A stretch of DNA of 63,589 nt, counting the filler, from Octopus bimaculoides (Eukaryota), in the NCBI RefSeq assembly GCF_001194135.2. It is 7 parts of 6 records of this genome, joined end to end, with 100 filler letters (N's around TTAATTAATTAA, not from the genome) between each part and the next. Parts side by side here need not be neighbours in the genome. Positions count along the whole stretch, not along the records: positions 62,452 to 63,589 come from NW_026382286.1; 6 more parts are not named here. One strand, written 5' to 3'. The notes below the pieces were generated by a model. That model was not told the DNA's origin. It ran no database searches and was given only the letters and a program-made list of their open reading frames with translations. Positions 62,452-63,589 of the stretch are shown piece after piece (positions within the stretch are counted from its first letter, which is position 1; every line of letters begins with the position of its first letter). A program made the translations under genes and the position numbers.

Positions 62452-63570
62452 CAAAACAGTCAGCCACCTTTTATATATGGATGACCTAAAATTATAAGCT
62501 AGAAACGACAAAGAGCTGGAAACACTACTACAGACAGTAAATCGATTTACCAAGGAAATAGATATGAAATACGGATTAGAAAAATGTGCCAAAGCAACCC
62601 TGAAAAGAGGAAAATTAGTTAAGAGTAGCAACATCACACTAGATAAAGCCAATGAAATAAGAGAACTAGACGAAAGCCAGCCATACAAATATTTAGGAGT
62701 CAATGAACTAGATAGGATACAACACACACAAATAAAAGAAAAAATAAAGAAAGAGTACATTGTGAGATGGTGAGAGTAATTCAACCTCAGTCTAGTTATA
62801 AGTACCTGGGAATACTTGCAACAGATTGAATTAAACACAAAGACATGAAAGAATTGACAAAAAGAGAGTACCTTTAGCGAATGAGAAAAATACTAGCTTC
62901 AAAGCTGAATGCCAGAAACATAATTTCGACAATAAACTCGCCCACAGCCACAGTAGTTCGGTATGGCTCTGGAATCCTAAAGTGGACATAGGAGGAGCTA
63001 AATAAGATAGATAGAAAGCTCTTAATGATTCATAGAACCCATCATCCACGTGCAAACAATGATCGCCGATACACGTGGAGAGAAACTGGAGGAAGAGGAC
63101 TGATAAGTGGTGAAGACTGTGTACATGTCAAACTTGAGAGCTTAATGAGATACCTAACCCAAAGCAAAGAAAGCTTGCTAGTGTCAGTTAGGAATGAGGG
63201 AGTATTGAAAGCAGAGTATAAAGGAAAAATTAAAGAAGTACAAAAAAGACATGAAGAAGAATTATGCAAGAAGGGACTACACAATCAATTCCATGTAACC
63301 ACAACAGAAGTTGCTAAAAAAAATAGGTGGGATTGGCTGAAGAAAGGGACATTAAAAAAGAGACTGAGGGCACTATAGTGGCAGCGCAAGACAAAGCTTT
63401 CGCCACGAACTGGAGGGTCAACCTTTGGAAAGAGCAAGTGGCTACACTGTACCGTATTTGTATGCTAAAGAAGTTCATAAAATAATCGTTGTCATCGCAT
63501 TTTCTTATTACCGCTCTATACTCATCTAACACTTCACTCTGAAGCATAGCAGGTAATTAGTCTCGCAATG
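62452..63570 (+). mobile_element. R4/Dong-type non-LTR retrotransposon fragment, disrupted
   Basis: VSHLLYMDDLKL, MKYGLEKCAKATLKRGK, YKYLGV, HHPRANNDRRY..GGRGL, GLHNQF..WDWLKKGTLK..AAQD. Stops, frameshifts and internal deletions. Confidence 0.88.
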
Positions 63571-63589
63571 CCTCAGCTATATATATATA

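Overview
AT-rich, microsatellite- and repeat-dense, gap-ridden animal genomic DNA. The SINE/LINE families look like those of an octopus (inference from recognised repeat sequence, no search run). The only supportable host gene is part of an adhesion GPCR on the + strand: four phase-compatible GT-AG exons at 1048-7194 encoding the end of the GAIN domain, an intact GPS site (HL|TSFALLM) and TM1-TM2. I could not find TM3-TM7 in the rest of the window. The remainder is mostly decayed mobile DNA: R4/Dong-type, RTE, CR1-like and Tx1/L1-like LINEs, Penelope-like elements with hammerhead-ribozyme-like motifs, Tc1/mariner remnants, MITEs/foldbacks, a possible Helitron helicase fossil and many SINEs. 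Nearly all other ORFs in the track are artefacts of N-gaps or simple repeats. I see no clear new multi-gene system. The most interesting items are a hammerhead-like motif with a fully intact core and very long stem II (52618-52701), a 14-bp-TSD-flanked insertion built largely of palindromes in a GPCR intron (2182-2448), an RTE element split into opposite orientations at a duplicated 16-mer, and tandem Dong-type insertions at one TAA repeat.
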